Source: Waterburya sp.
GTDB lineage: Bacteria > Cyanobacteriota > Cyanobacteriia > Cyanobacteriales > Xenococcaceae
Assembly (NCBI GenBank): GCA_965217895.1
Contig: CBDCJV010000002.1
Span: 3,360,001-3,424,000 of the forward strand
Direction of reading: 5' to 3'
DNA: 64,000 bases
Under the pieces are notes generated by a model, which saw nothing but the letters and a program-made list of their open reading frames with translations, was not told the DNA's origin and did not search any database. The translations under genes were made by a program, and so were the position numbers. Shown in pieces: positions 1 through 10,143 of this stretch (its first letter is position 1; every line of letters begins with the position of its first letter).

Positions 1-267
1 AAAGAATTAGTCAATCACACTAATTTAGTGGATGCTGAACCTAGAGAAGTATTTATTATCGCTTGTCTTCTTATACCTATTATCGGTATCGGTTTGTATC
101 CTAAGTTAGTTACTCAGATTTATGATTCTAGTATCACTCAACTAACTGCCAGATTGCGTGCTTCTGTACCTAGCTTAACTCAATCAGCCAAGGCTAAAGC
201 ACCAGCTAGCTTTTATTCGATGGTGTCTCTAACCGCACCCGAAATTGAAGCGGTAAGCGGTAAATAA
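1..267 (+). CDS. ndhD: NAD(P)H-quinone oxidoreductase subunit 4, 3' end (partial)
   Basis: Frame open from base 1: [35 protein letters not shown], the typical cyanobacterial NdhD C-terminus. Confidence 0.88.
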   Translation, partial: KELVNHTNLVDAEPREVFIIACLLIPIIGIGLYPKLVTQIYDSSITQLTARLRASVPSLTQSAKAKAPASFYSMVSLTAPEIEAVSGK

Positions 268-290
268 ATTAAATACAAATTGATTTTTTG

Positions 291-326
291 ATAAGGGTTT
301 GGCAATGCTAAATCCTTATTTGTTTT
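291..326 (+). terminator. Intrinsic terminator after ndhD
   Basis: ATAAGGGTTTGGC-AAT-GCTAAATCCTTAT hairpin followed by a T-rich tract. Confidence 0.6.
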
Positions 327-624
327 CTAGTGATACGCCTGAGAGTACGGCGATCCTACGCATTTTCCCTCAATAGACTTGAAGTGTTTCGGTTTTCTGA
401 CTTGAGTAAAGTAGAAATTTACTCACAAACTACTGCTAATTTTTACAACAATTCACTCAAAACCCATTTAAATCTAAGGTTTTTCAGTTCAGTCGATGTA
501 AATCATTATTCAGTTCTATCCTCTTAAATTTAAAACTATCAAAAAGTTAGTTTGTAAATTTATTGCAACAAAAATTTATATTATCTAAAATAGTAAGTGA
601 CATATCTTAATGAGGCTACAACTA

Positions 625-768
625 ATGGAAAACCCAGAAAACAAATTCGGCTTTACTAAATTCGCAGAAGACTGGAATGGTCGTCTAGCTATGTTGGGCT
701 TTGTGATTGGCGTTGCTGTTGAATACTTTACTGGTCAAGGAATTCTCAGCCAGTTGGGAATTATGTAA
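625..768 (+). CDS. High-light-inducible protein (Hli/Scp, CAB-like), 47 aa; not in the ORF track
   Basis: MENPENKFGFTKFAEDWNGRLAMLGFVIGVAVEYFTGQGILSQLGIM contains the ExxNGRxAMxG chlorophyll-binding motif; GAGG upstream. Confidence 0.95.
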   Translation: MENPENKFGFTKFAEDWNGRLAMLGFVIGVAVEYFTGQGILSQLGIM

Positions 769-822
769 TTCTCTCCAGAGACTGTCAATTGCACTCATAA
801 ATAAATTCTAATCACTATCACT

Positions 823-866
823 AAAGGAGTTTGGTACAACAAGAAATTGTTTTATCAAACTCCTTT
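823..866. terminator. Hairpin / likely terminator after hli
   Basis: AAAGGAGTTTGGTA...TATCAAACTCCTTT inverted repeat. Confidence 0.55.
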
Positions 867-1008
867 GCTATGGTAGCTAAAGCCAAGTTTATATTTAGAC
901 ATCGCCAAAAACTTCGATTTTTGGTCAACAGCTTATTTTGGCTAGACAAGTCTTAATTTAAGCTAAATTACTGATTTACCTGAATCTAACTAAGAGTATG
1001 ATTATTGA

Positions 1009-1226
1009 GGTCGGTTCTAATGAGAAACAGTCATTAGAAGTAATGGGGAAAGATTGGTGTAAATCCAACGCTGTCCCGCAACTGTAATGAGGCGAGTGAC
1101 CCCGCGTCGGCAGAAAGGACTTGTCCGCATCTAAGGCTTTAGCCGCATCTAGACGCAAGACAAAGGCCTAAGTCGCATATACGCGCGAGATATCTCTAAA
1201 GTCTCTGAGTCAGAATGCCCACCGAT
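1009..1226 (+). ncRNA. Cobalamin riboswitch with an enlarged variable region
   Basis: GGTTCTAATGA..TCATTAGAA, GGGGAAAG, TGGTGTAAATCCA, CTGTCCCGCAACTGTAA and AGTCAGAATGCCC motifs, directly upstream of cbiX. Confidence 0.92.
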
Positions 1227-1265
1227 TAAAATAATTAACCCAGTTAACAAATCTGCGAGGTACGG

Positions 1266-2243
1266 ATGGTTTTTGTCAATTCTCTTGAATCAAATATTAA
1301 ACAAATTCAGTTACAGCCATTACCTTATCAAAGACCTTTATTAATGATTGGTCATGGTACAAGAAATGAACGAGGTAGACAAACCTTTATGGATTTTGTC
1401 GAAACCTATAAAAAATTGGATACTTCTCGTCCTGTTATTCCTTGCTTTTTAGAGCTTACGCAGCCGACAATTCAAGAGGGGGTAGAAGCTTGTGTTAAAC
1501 AAGGTTATACAGAAATTACGGCTTTGCCAATTTTGTTGTTTGCTGCTAGACACAATAAATTTGACGTTACCAACGAGCTAGACCGATCGCGATCGCCTTA
1601 TCCTCAGTTAAACTTTAATTATGGTCGCCATTTCGGTATTACTCCCAAGATAATCGAACTATGGCGCGATCGCTTGGCAGAGTTAGACAAGCCAGAACGT
1701 AACCCCCGTAATATCTCCTGCGAAGATACTGTATTGCTATTTGTCGGTAGGGGTTCGAGCGATCCTGATGCCAATGGTGATGTGTGCAAACTAGCACGCA
1801 TAATGTGGGAAGGTAGTGGCTACAAAACAGTAGAAACCTGCTTTATCGGTATTACACATCCTCGTTTAGAAGCAGGTTTTAGTCGGGCATATTTGCATCA
1901 GGCTAAACGGGTAATTGTCCTGCCCTATTTCTTGTTTACAGGTACGTTGATGGAGAAAATTTTTGATATAACTGCCCAACAAGAAGAACAACATCCTGAA
2001 ATTGATTTTGCTTGCTTACCAGAAATGGGAATTACCTCCCAGCTATTAGAAGTAATCAGGGAAAGAGAAATTGAGGCACAGCTAGGTCAAGTTGCTATGA
2101 ACTGTGAAATGTGTAAGTTTCGCCTAGCAGCAGCAGATGGACACGGACACGGGCATGATCATGGACATCACCATCATCACGATAATAGCGATCCTTATGC
2201 CAAGGTAGAAGACTATCATCAACGTATCTGGAAAACACCGTAG
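1266..2243 (+). CDS. cbiX: Sirohydrochlorin cobaltochelatase
   Basis: GHGTR and GRGSSD chelatase motifs, MNCEMC Fe-S motif, His-rich tail; lies under a B12 riboswitch. Confidence 0.93.
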   Translation: MVFVNSLESNIKQIQLQPLPYQRPLLMIGHGTRNERGRQTFMDFVETYKKLDTSRPVIPCFLELTQPTIQEGVEACVKQGYTEITALPILLFAARHNKFDVTNELDRSRSPYPQLNFNYGRHFGITPKIIELWRDRLAELDKPERNPRNISCEDTVLLFVGRGSSDPDANGDVCKLARIMWEGSGYKTVETCFIGITHPRLEAGFSRAYLHQAKRVIVLPYFLFTGTLMEKIFDITAQQEEQHPEIDFACLPEMGITSQLLEVIREREIEAQLGQVAMNCEMCKFRLAAADGHGHGHDHGHHHHHDNSDPYAKVEDYHQRIWKTP

Positions 2244-2409
2244 TTATATAAACTCCCAATAAAAAATGATACGAATCAGGTAACGGGGTAAATCTTAGTA
2301 ATTTCTAATTATTAAAAGAAACTTTGAGGACTTAAATTAATTAGCCTCATATTTTATCAGTACCCGATGCACAATTAAATTCATCGCTAATGACTGGGAG
2401 AAGTAATTC

Positions 2410-2453
2410 GAGCATTATATGCAAACAAAGGCGCACTTTTGCATATAATGCTC
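2410..2453. repeat. Perfect 16-bp inverted repeat with a 12-nt loop
   Basis: GAGCATTATATGCAAA-N12-TTTGCATATAATGCTC. Confidence 0.8.
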
Positions 2454-2813
2454 ACCAAGACGCTTTGTTCAGATTCACTGGTTTTGGGCGATCGCCTATT
2501 AGCTACTACAATCTTTGCATAAAGTTCGACTCAATAAGCTACACAAACACCAAAATTGATTTAAAAATACAGCTCAATTAAAGCTTTTTTAAATTCACAT
2601 TTTCAACATATTGTTTTTAGAAAAACATCTATCGATTTAGATATTTACAACTATTGCCAACTCATTTATTATTTATATTTATAAATATTTTAAAAACAAG
2701 TGTTTTTGCAGAGCAATTATGCAAATAATTTGCTTAGGCATACCATGTTTTTTTGTTAGGTAAAAATTTATTATCTAGCTTTGTTAAGCAAAACACAACT
2801 TATAATTTTTGTC

Positions 2814-3608
2814 ATGTCACTCCTATTTAATTCTCCTTTTGAGTCTATAGTCAGGCGCAATTCAAGAACCCTTTTTAACAATCACAATCCTAAAAAATTG
2901 ATTGTACATTGTTGTTATCATAAAGTTGGTACAGCTTGGTTTATTCGGGTTTTAAGGGCAATTTCTCGTTGCTATGGACTAAAGTTCCAACAATGTAGCC
3001 AAAACGATCTCAAACGAAATACAGATATTTTTATGGAATATATGAGCCGCATTGATGTAGCAAAATTACCAAATTATGTAGGCTCTCACATGATACGCGA
3101 TCCTAGAGATGTAGTTATTTCTGCTTATTTCTATCATCTATGGACAAAAGAAGAATGGGCGCATATTCCCAGAAATAGCTTAAATAACCAAACTTATCAA
3201 GAATACCTTAATTCACTAAGCCAAGAAGAGGGTTTATTAGCGGAGATGGAAGGAACTTCCAAAGAAGTAATAGAGGAAATGTCACAATGGAACTATAATA
3301 ATCCTAATTTTTTTGAATTTAAGTATGAAGATATTATTACAAATGAACCAGAAGTTTTCTCCAAGATTTTTCAACATTATCAGTTTAATCAAGAAGCAGT
3401 TGAAAACTGCATAAAAATTGCTGGTAAATTTAGTTTTAAAAATAAAAGTAATCGTCAAGAAGGAATTATAAACCAAAAAAGCCATTTACGTTCAGGTCGC
3501 ATTGGAGAATGGCAAGAAGTATTTAATCAACATCATAAACGCCGATTTAAGGAATTATTTGGCGACCTTCTAATTAACTTAGGATATGAAGCTGATAATA
3601 ATTGGTAA
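2814..3608 (+). CDS. Sulfotransferase domain protein
   Basis: HKVGTAW 5'-PSB loop, IRDPRDVVISAYFY 3'-PB motif, LRSGRIGEW; ATG at 2814 preferred over TTG at 2781. Confidence 0.85.
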   Translation: MSLLFNSPFESIVRRNSRTLFNNHNPKKLIVHCCYHKVGTAWFIRVLRAISRCYGLKFQQCSQNDLKRNTDIFMEYMSRIDVAKLPNYVGSHMIRDPRDVVISAYFYHLWTKEEWAHIPRNSLNNQTYQEYLNSLSQEEGLLAEMEGTSKEVIEEMSQWNYNNPNFFEFKYEDIITNEPEVFSKIFQHYQFNQEAVENCIKIAGKFSFKNKSNRQEGIINQKSHLRSGRIGEWQEVFNQHHKRRFKELFGDLLINLGYEADNNW

Positions 3609-3658
3609 ACAATTTACTCGTTACTTGAGTAACGAGACTATCTTCTAATTAATTTGTC

Positions 3659-5623
3659 CTACCTACTACTGACAGCAGGTAAAGTTTGCTGAAGCTGAGG
3701 TTGAGGAGTTGTCTTTTCTAATAACAAATTTCTAATTAGCCTAGCCGCCATTTTTTGAGTTAATTTTCCTGCTACTTTTTGTCCCATTTCCTGAGTTTCT
3801 GGTTTAGAAATAATTTTGGCAACGATAGAAACTAAACGAGTAGGGTCAAAACCTGGAGTTTGTTGCAGAATACTGACAATATTTTTTAGGTGAGTCATAG
3901 TATAGGAATCTTCTCGAAAATCTACAGGAGTTTCTTGAACCGTTAAGCCTACCTGTTGGCGAAAAGCAGTAGAAATATTGAATATAGTTCTCCGTCCAAA
4001 ACCGTCGATAACGTTGACTAATTCTTCGGCAAGGCGATCGCGAATAAATATACCGCGATCGCTGTAAAGATATTCTAGAGCCTGATCTACTACGCCGTCA
4101 AAATCGTAGTCTCTAGAATCTGTAGCATTCTTGAGCAAGTTTTCTAAACGATGCCAGCGGAAACCCTCTTCTTTAAACAGCAAATCTTTTAAAGATGCCC
4201 GTAATTCAGGTGCAGGATCGGTCAAGAGACGTTTAGCAATATAAGGATAGGCTTTACTCAAAACCTTAAACTCTGGATCGATGCCGATCGCAATCCCTTC
4301 TAAAGTTACCATCGAACGGATAATTAAAGCATAATAAGCAGGGACGGTAAAGGGAAATTCATACATCATTGCCGACATTTGATCGGTGATACTTTTGAAG
4401 TTTAATTCTGCCACCGTTGCTCCCAAAGCATTTCCAAAGACGTTAGCTAATGCAGGAACTATAGGCTGTAAATTCACATCAGGGGTCAAAAAGTCTAGCT
4501 TGACATAATCTTTTGCTAACGCCTCGAAATCGCGGTTAACTAAGTGAACTACCGCTTCAATTAAACCGTACCTTTGATAAGATTTGATACGGCTCATCAT
4601 GCCAAAATCCAAATAAGCCAGTCTGCCGTCTGCCATTGCTAATAAATTGCCAGGGTGCGGGTCGGCATGAAAAAAACCATGCTCTAGAAGCTGTCTCAAG
4701 GAACATTCTACTCCTATCTCTACTAGGTGAGTTGCATCAATGCCCTGTGCTTGGACAGCATCAACATCGGTCAACTTAGTCCCCTCGATCCATTCCATGG
4801 TTAGAACGCGCTTACCCGTATAATCCCAATAAATTTTAGGTACATAAATTTCTTCTATGTAGCCATAGAGCTTTTGAAACTTGTCAGCGTTACGTCCTTC
4901 TTGGTTGTAGTTAGTCTCTTCAAAAATACGTTCTGCCAATTCATCGATAATTGAGCGTAGATTAGAACGTACCTGCTTCACATTGTCCTGTACCCACCCT
5001 GCAAGGATACGCATGATATAAATATCTAGGGTAATACGACGATTCAAGTCGGGACGTTGAACTTTTACTGCTACCTCTTCTCCTGTTTTCAGTCTACCTT
5101 TATATACCTGCCCTAAAGAAGCTGCGGCAATAGGCTCAGGAGAAAGCTCGGCATAGATTTCCTCTGGTGGCTTACCTAATTCTTCTTGAATAAAGCGAAA
5201 CGCTACTTCATTCGGGAAAGAGGGAATTTTATCTTGCAGGGTTGTCAATTCTTCCAAATAAGCAGGAGGAACAACGTCAGGTCTGGTAGACAACGCCTGA
5301 CCAATTTTGATATAAGCAGGACCTAACTTAGTTAGGATTTTGATTAATTGATGCGCTCTCTTTTTTTGTTTGGGAATAGAGTTACCTTTAAAATTGTCCC
5401 ACCATACCCCTAAAGCAAAACGGCTAAAAGGAAACAAAATACTAATTAATCGAGCCAGTACCGTAAAAGGACGGTTGCGGTATCTAGCATTATTTGTGAC
5501 TGGGTTGTAACGCCAGTCTGCATTTGGTTCATCATAAGCGAGATCGGTATCTTCGTATTGGTCTATCGCCTGAGAATTGACGGTAATAGTATTTTGTGTG
5601 GGTAACAATGTCTGCTGAGGCAT
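3659..5623 (-). CDS. ABC1/UbiB (AarF) atypical kinase
   Basis: IKIGQ, AAASLGQVY, VAVKVQRP, FFHADPHPGN, LDFGM. Confidence 0.95.
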   Translation of the reverse strand: MPQQTLLPTQNTITVNSQAIDQYEDTDLAYDEPNADWRYNPVTNNARYRNRPFTVLARLISILFPFSRFALGVWWDNFKGNSIPKQKKRAHQLIKILTKLGPAYIKIGQALSTRPDVVPPAYLEELTTLQDKIPSFPNEVAFRFIQEELGKPPEEIYAELSPEPIAAASLGQVYKGRLKTGEEVAVKVQRPDLNRRITLDIYIMRILAGWVQDNVKQVRSNLRSIIDELAERIFEETNYNQEGRNADKFQKLYGYIEEIYVPKIYWDYTGKRVLTMEWIEGTKLTDVDAVQAQGIDATHLVEIGVECSLRQLLEHGFFHADPHPGNLLAMADGRLAYLDFGMMSRIKSYQRYGLIEAVVHLVNRDFEALAKDYVKLDFLTPDVNLQPIVPALANVFGNALGATVAELNFKSITDQMSAMMYEFPFTVPAYYALIIRSMVTLEGIAIGIDPEFKVLSKAYPYIAKRLLTDPAPELRASLKDLLFKEEGFRWHRLENLLKNATDSRDYDFDGVVDQALEYLYSDRGIFIRDRLAEELVNVIDGFGRRTIFNISTAFRQQVGLTVQETPVDFREDSYTMTHLKNIVSILQQTPGFDPTRLVSIVAKIISKPETQEMGQKVAGKLTQKMAARLIRNLLLEKTTPQPQLQQTLPAVSSR

Positions 5624-5658
5624 AATTTATAAGTAAGACTGACGTTAACAACTCTTTC

Positions 5659-5676
5659 TTTGTAAATAATTGTAAC
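5659..5676 (-). promoter_or_regulatory. HLR1 (RpaB-binding) site upstream of the ABC1 kinase
   Basis: Minus strand reads GTTACAAT-TA-TTTACAAA, matching (G/T)TTACA(T/A)(T/A)-N2-(G/T)TTACA(T/A)(T/A), about 35 nt before the ATG. Confidence 0.65.
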
Positions 5677-5977
5677 AAGAGATAGAGGTAAACAACTCTC
5701 TCTTAAGATTAAAGTCTTAAAAGCTGCTCTGAAAATTGGGTATTACCGAATCTGCCCGTATTTCCAGAAAGGTGACGTTGGTAAATGCGTAATATTGTGA
5801 AGTCCAAAATCAATGAAATTAATATAGGGCGATACTTTTAAACTGCTTGGACTGTTGAAATAGTCTCAATAAGAAATTTAGAGCTTGAAAATATAATTGT
5901 AATAACCAATAACCATTGGAGTACGCAAACGGTAAAATAAAAATATACCTTTTATATCTTTTTACTGGTTGCCAATT

Positions 5978-6232
5978 ATGGATGCAATTACCTACACTCA
6001 AGCAAGAAAAAACTTTTCAACCGTTATGAACCAAGTTTGTGACGACCACACACCAATTATAATTACTCGTCAGTCAGAACGTCCCGTAGTAATTATGTCA
6101 CTTGAAGACTACAGCGCAATTGAAGAAACGATGTATTTATTAAAAAGTCCTGCGAATGCTCAACGTCTTTATGAAGCATTAGAACAACTCAAAAAAGGTA
6201 ATTATCAAAAGCATGAACTAATAGAAGAATAA
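5978..6232 (+). CDS. yefM: Phd/YefM antitoxin
   Basis: MDAITYTQARKNF...IIITRQ...EETMYLLKSPANAQRL. Confidence 0.93.
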   Translation: MDAITYTQARKNFSTVMNQVCDDHTPIIITRQSERPVVIMSLEDYSAIEETMYLLKSPANAQRLYEALEQLKKGNYQKHELIEE

Positions 6233-6239
6233 ATCTAAG

Positions 6240-6494
6240 ATGAACATTATGTTTTTGGATGATGCTTGGCAGGATTATTTATATTGGCAAAAAGTAGATA
6301 AGAAAATACTTAAACGAATTAATCAACTGATTAAAGATATTCAAAGAAGTCCAGTTAAAGGCTTAGGCAAACCAGAACCTTTGAAGTTTGATATGTCTGG
6401 TTTATGGTCACGTCGGATTAGCCAAGAACATCGTTTAATTTATCAGGTTAAAGATGAATACGTGGTTATTGTTCAATGTCAATATCATTATTAA
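6240..6494 (+). CDS. yoeB: Txe/YoeB toxin
   Basis: AWQDYLYWQ, GLGKPEPLK, WSRRISQEHRLIY, C-terminal YHY. Confidence 0.95.
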   Translation: MNIMFLDDAWQDYLYWQKVDKKILKRINQLIKDIQRSPVKGLGKPEPLKFDMSGLWSRRISQEHRLIYQVKDEYVVIVQCQYHY

Positions 6495-6662
6495 AAATTT
6501 TGCTGTTCTGCTCGTATCACTCGTCAAATTGAAAAGAATACAAAATATTTTAAAAACGAAAGTGAACTAGAATCTATAGTCCACTTAAATTGTTTTTGTT
6601 AAATAGTTTAAAATTTTTAGTCGCCAAGAATTTGCAGATGTTGAATTACCTGAAACAGTTAT

Positions 6663-7013
6663 TTAGTTAGGTGCGATGGGCAATGTTCTTCCTTCTACTT
6701 GATCGAAGTAAGGCATTACCTCTTCAGTGTAGTCAATAGGCAAGACAGCACAGACGTTTTCATGAGGGCGAGGAATAATTACCCAAGATTCTAAAGTTGC
6801 TCCTTCTGCTTTTTTTACTGCCTCAATTCCCGCAGCCATAGCCGTCTTTACTTCAGATACATCACCGCGAATATTGACGTTAAAGCGCGCACTACCTACA
6901 CGAATATAGCCAACTAAGGTCACTCGACCCGCTTTAACCATAGCATCGGCTGCTGCTAAAATACCTGGGAATCCTTTGGTTTCAATCGATCCTACCGCAG
7001 ATTGAGACGGCAT
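6663..7013 (-). CDS. ccmK4: Carboxysome shell BMC protein CcmK4
   Basis: AVGSIETKGFPGILAAADAMVKAGRVTLVGY; second gene of the ccmK3-K4 pair. Confidence 0.88.
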   Translation of the reverse strand: MPSQSAVGSIETKGFPGILAAADAMVKAGRVTLVGYIRVGSARFNVNIRGDVSEVKTAMAAGIEAVKKAEGATLESWVIIPRPHENVCAVLPIDYTEEVMPYFDQVEGRTLPIAPN

Positions 7014-7203
7014 AAATTTACTCCTTGAAATTATTAATTATAAATACAAATAAAAGTAATGCTTGATTACATTTAAAGGTTACAGCAGGCTTGGTCATTT
7101 TATCTCGATTCACTTGATAAAAAGAGCGTAATAATCTGTAACGAATACTAATTTTAGCTGACTAACGGCAATTTTATATACTTAGTTTTCGCCGAATAGT
7201 AAA

Positions 7204-7518
7204 TTAAAAGCGATATTGCTCTACTTCTTCGGTGTAATCTATAGGCAAAACAGCAACTACATTATCTGGTGGGTTAGGTACAATATAGTGAGTAGTCACT
7301 TCGCCACCAAAAGTATTTTCTGCTGCTAATAGACCTGCCTCCATCGAAGGTCTGACCTCAGCAACAGGCCCACGAATAGCAATTACAAAAGTGCCGCTTT
7401 CTCCTTTATCAAAATATACCAGAGTGACGCGACCAGCCTTTAGCATCGCATCAGAAGCAGCTAAAACAGCAGGAAAACCTAGGGTTTGGATTACTCCAAC
7501 TGCGTGTTGTTGAGACAT
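7204..7518 (-). CDS. ccmK3: Carboxysome shell BMC protein CcmK3
   Basis: AVGVIQTLGFPAVLAASDAMLKAGRVTLVYFD; start at the ATG at 7518. Confidence 0.88.
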   Translation of the reverse strand: MSQQHAVGVIQTLGFPAVLAASDAMLKAGRVTLVYFDKGESGTFVIAIRGPVAEVRPSMEAGLLAAENTFGGEVTTHYIVPNPPDNVVAVLPIDYTEEVEQYRF

Positions 7519-7570
7519 AAATATTTTCGACTTAAAATTGAGATGGCGATCGTGATAGTTAATTAAACTA

Positions 7571-8179
7571 CTATATCTTGATTGCGCTCGGTTCGGATAT
7601 AGTTGCAATAATGCGATCGCAACCCGACTTTGGTTTTGCCCACTGATAGATATGTTCTTGGGGTTTTCCCCAACATAAACCGAGATAAATTTCTGTGCGG
7701 GCTGCGTCTATTTCTGCCCATTCTGTTTGTTGAACTAGCTTTTGCAGATAGCCAAAGGTAATTTTTTGATGGTGACTACCATTATTATCAAGACGATTGT
7801 TAACTAGCCAGAAATTCATTTTGTCCGTCATTGAATACCAAAAATCAAGAATTTTAGTTCGGGCTGCAATTAAAATATCTTTATCTCCTGAGACAGGAAT
7901 CAATTGATTATGTATTTCTGGATAGGTTATGCTTTGTCCAGCAAAAGTACAGGTGCGCCAAATAATTCCTGATACTTCGTGCTGTCGCTGATATTTATGG
8001 ATTTGAGAACGAAAATCGCGATAAGCAAATACTTTATTGACCTGATTCATATCTAAGGCTTTTGCTACGACAGGATCGTTTAGCCTTTTCGCTGATGATA
8101 AGACAATTCGTTTACCTTTCCAGTTTTCTTTTAGCTCGCAGTCTAATATTTGGATTAGTTCGTCAGTAGTATAAATCAT
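7571..8179 (-). CDS. Hypothetical protein
   Basis: 202-aa ORF with ATG start; no motif recognised. Confidence 0.7.
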   Translation of the reverse strand: MIYTTDELIQILDCELKENWKGKRIVLSSAKRLNDPVVAKALDMNQVNKVFAYRDFRSQIHKYQRQHEVSGIIWRTCTFAGQSITYPEIHNQLIPVSGDKDILIAARTKILDFWYSMTDKMNFWLVNNRLDNNGSHHQKITFGYLQKLVQQTEWAEIDAARTEIYLGLCWGKPQEHIYQWAKPKSGCDRIIATISEPSAIKI

Positions 8180-8389
8180 CAGTCAAATAGCAGCTATAGC
8201 CTTTATACTTTTTATTGTATATCTGCTCTCCACTTACTAGACAGGGTTTTATTTTTGATTAAGCTTATTTTTTAGCAACCTGAAATGATAAACGGCGTTT
8301 TTAAGACCACATTAAGGGGCTTACACGCTTTTGATGCAGCCGAGACAGGCTCGCTATTTTATTTTAAGCTCAAGTTATAGACAACACAA

Positions 8390-8632
8390 CTAATTATAAT
8401 TACGCCGAAAACGAGAATCAAAATGATGTTTTTTCCTTAGATTACATCGGCTGCATAATACTTGCAGGTTGCTAAGGTCATTACTTCCGCCCTTAGCCAG
8501 AGGAATAATATGATCTATATTTAGTCGGGCTTCGGTATTCTTTTTACCGCAGCTTTGGCATTGGTGGTTATTTCGCTGCAATACATATTTTTTAACAGGC
8601 TGAGGAATGTTAATTCTCTGTATTTTAGACAT
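8390..8632 (-). CDS. Stand-alone HNH endonuclease
   Basis: CQSCG...IDHIIPLAKGGSNDLSNLQVLCSRCNLRK. Confidence 0.93.
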   Translation of the reverse strand: MSKIQRINIPQPVKKYVLQRNNHQCQSCGKKNTEARLNIDHIIPLAKGGSNDLSNLQVLCSRCNLRKKHHFDSRFRRNYN

Positions 8633-8634
8633 TA

Positions 8635-9012
8635 CTAAGAAATGGTTTGACGAATATCATCTAAAGAATTGCTGTTTTGTTCAGCACTATTAATTGTTGC
8701 ATCTTCTGGTTCATCAGGGCAAAATTCTAAAATGACTCTCAGTCTCATCTTGCCTTTTTTCCATTCTCCAGACTGCGGTTCTAATATTTCGGCATCAACA
8801 CTATTGTTCCAGAGATCGCTTTTATAATCTGGAGGACTTCCTAAACCAGCTTGATTTAACTTTTCTGATAATTTATGGAGTACTAAAATTTTTAAAAAGT
8901 TATTTAATTGTTCCATAAGCTTGCTAACTTTAAATGTCGTTCCATTATTAAAAGAAACAACCGCATTAGAGTCTTCGTGTTCCATTTGCTTGAAATTAAT
9001 TTCTGAGTTCAT
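8635..9012 (-). CDS. KGK domain protein (4th copy)
   Basis: AEILEPQSGEWKKGKMRLRVILEFCPDE...SLDDIRQ; probable start at 9012. Confidence 0.88.
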   Translation of the reverse strand: MNSEINFKQMEHEDSNAVVSFNNGTTFKVSKLMEQLNNFLKILVLHKLSEKLNQAGLGSPPDYKSDLWNNSVDAEILEPQSGEWKKGKMRLRVILEFCPDEPEDATINSAEQNSNSLDDIRQTIS

Positions 9013-9073
9013 GTTGATAATTCTGGTAAATTTATAAAAAGTTGTCTGAGAAGTATAGATTATCATTTGAAAG

Positions 9074-9142
9074 CACCCTAAATCCCCCAAGCTTGGGGAA
9101 CTTGAAGTTATTTTTCTCCTCCAAGTTTGGGGGCTAGGGAGC
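9074..9142. repeat. REP-like double-hairpin repeat (CCCCAAnnTTGGGG type)
   Basis: CCCCCAAGCTTGGGG and CTCCAAGTTTGGGG hairpins framed by CCCTA...TAGGG. Confidence 0.7.
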
Positions 9143-9330
9143 TAAACCAGGATCTTAGATGTACCATATTGGTCAATCCATTTCTCTTTTTTATTGCGAT
9201 CGATATTTTCTCCTAATCTATTTAAAAACTCTTCAGCTTTATAAGTATGATGACCAACTAAAACATTATCTTCTTTATCATTAATTGAAATTACTTCATC
9301 GCCATTGATAAATTTATTTGCTTCTTCCAT
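9142..9330 (-). pseudogene. Truncated KGK domain gene (3rd copy)
   Basis: N-terminal half resembles the neighbours (DEVISI...KWIDQ) but ends inside the REP-like repeat before the W-x-KGK motif. Confidence 0.7.
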
Positions 9331-9356
9331 TATTAATTACTTTCTAGTTTATCTTT

Positions 9357-9689
9357 TTAGTTAGCAGTATCTATTTGCTGGCGAATGTCATCTAGAGAAT
9401 TTGGTTTATTATTACTTTCATCTTCTTCAGGTTCAAACTGAACTACAAATTTGATTTTTCCTTTTCTCCACCCTTTTGAATTATTGTCTTGTCTTAAAAC
9501 TTGGCATTCAATACCTTGAGTGCAAATTTCTGAGTTATTTACATTTTCAGTTTCTACCTTGATGTATCCTTCGTACTCTGCAATTAACTGTTGTACTTTT
9601 AATGTATCACCCGAAGCAAACCTTCCTGCATCATGCTTGAATACCGAAATAACATCATCATTGTTTAAAATTTCCAAATCTTTACTCAT
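9357..9689 (-). CDS. KGK domain protein (2nd copy)
   Basis: GIECQVLRQ...GWRKGKIKFVVQFEPEE...SLDDIRQ. Confidence 0.9.
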   Translation of the reverse strand: MSKDLEILNNDDVISVFKHDAGRFASGDTLKVQQLIAEYEGYIKVETENVNNSEICTQGIECQVLRQDNNSKGWRKGKIKFVVQFEPEEDESNNKPNSLDDIRQQIDTAN

Positions 9690-9708
9690 AATTGATCTCT
9701 CTTAGTTA

Positions 9709-10125
9709 TTAGTTGTTTTGAATCACCTCTTGACGAACATCATCAAGAGGTGATTCAACAGATTCAGATTCATAAGGAATAAATTCTAGTGTTACATTAA
9801 TTTTAATTTTTCCTTTCTGCCATCCTTTAGAACCAGCTTTTAGTATTTCGCATTCTTCTCCTTGAAAAAACCATGAATACATTTTGCTTATATCATTTAA
9901 ATCAGAGTTTTGTGCTATGTGAGTGACAACGGACTCAATACCAGCACTATAAAAAGACTGATATATAATATCTTTTAGTTTGCTAACACTAATCCATTTT
10001 TTTGATTCAAAAGATATAACGTCTTTTGAGTCGCATTGAGTTAAATATTCGTTAATATCTAAGTAAAATTCAGATTTGGAATTTGAGATGAAATAATTTG
10101 GTGTGATTCTAGATGCCATAATCAA
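9709..10125 (-). CDS. KGK domain protein (1st copy)
   Basis: GEECEILKAGSKGWQKGKIKINVTLEFIP...SPLDDVRQ. Confidence 0.92.
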   Translation of the reverse strand: MIMASRITPNYFISNSKSEFYLDINEYLTQCDSKDVISFESKKWISVSKLKDIIYQSFYSAGIESVVTHIAQNSDLNDISKMYSWFFQGEECEILKAGSKGWQKGKIKINVTLEFIPYESESVESPLDDVRQEVIQNN

Positions 10126-10143
10126 TTTACTTTTTTAATAATC

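Noticed and set aside
545..575. HLR1 site upstream of hli
   Set aside because: Half-site spacing is off by one and one half-site is mismatched; not supportable.
330..1158. Track ORFs 330-527 and 976-1158
   Set aside because: No motifs; the second is antisense to the riboswitch.
2273..2372. AGGTAACGGGGTAAA as a second cobalamin riboswitch, or a MITE with GCATCGGGTAC-like ends
   Set aside because: The core riboswitch motifs (CCCGCAACTGT, AGTCAG) are absent and the inverted ends match only weakly.
6520..6600. FKNESELESIV as a nuclease gene remnant after yoeB
   Set aside because: Too short to support.
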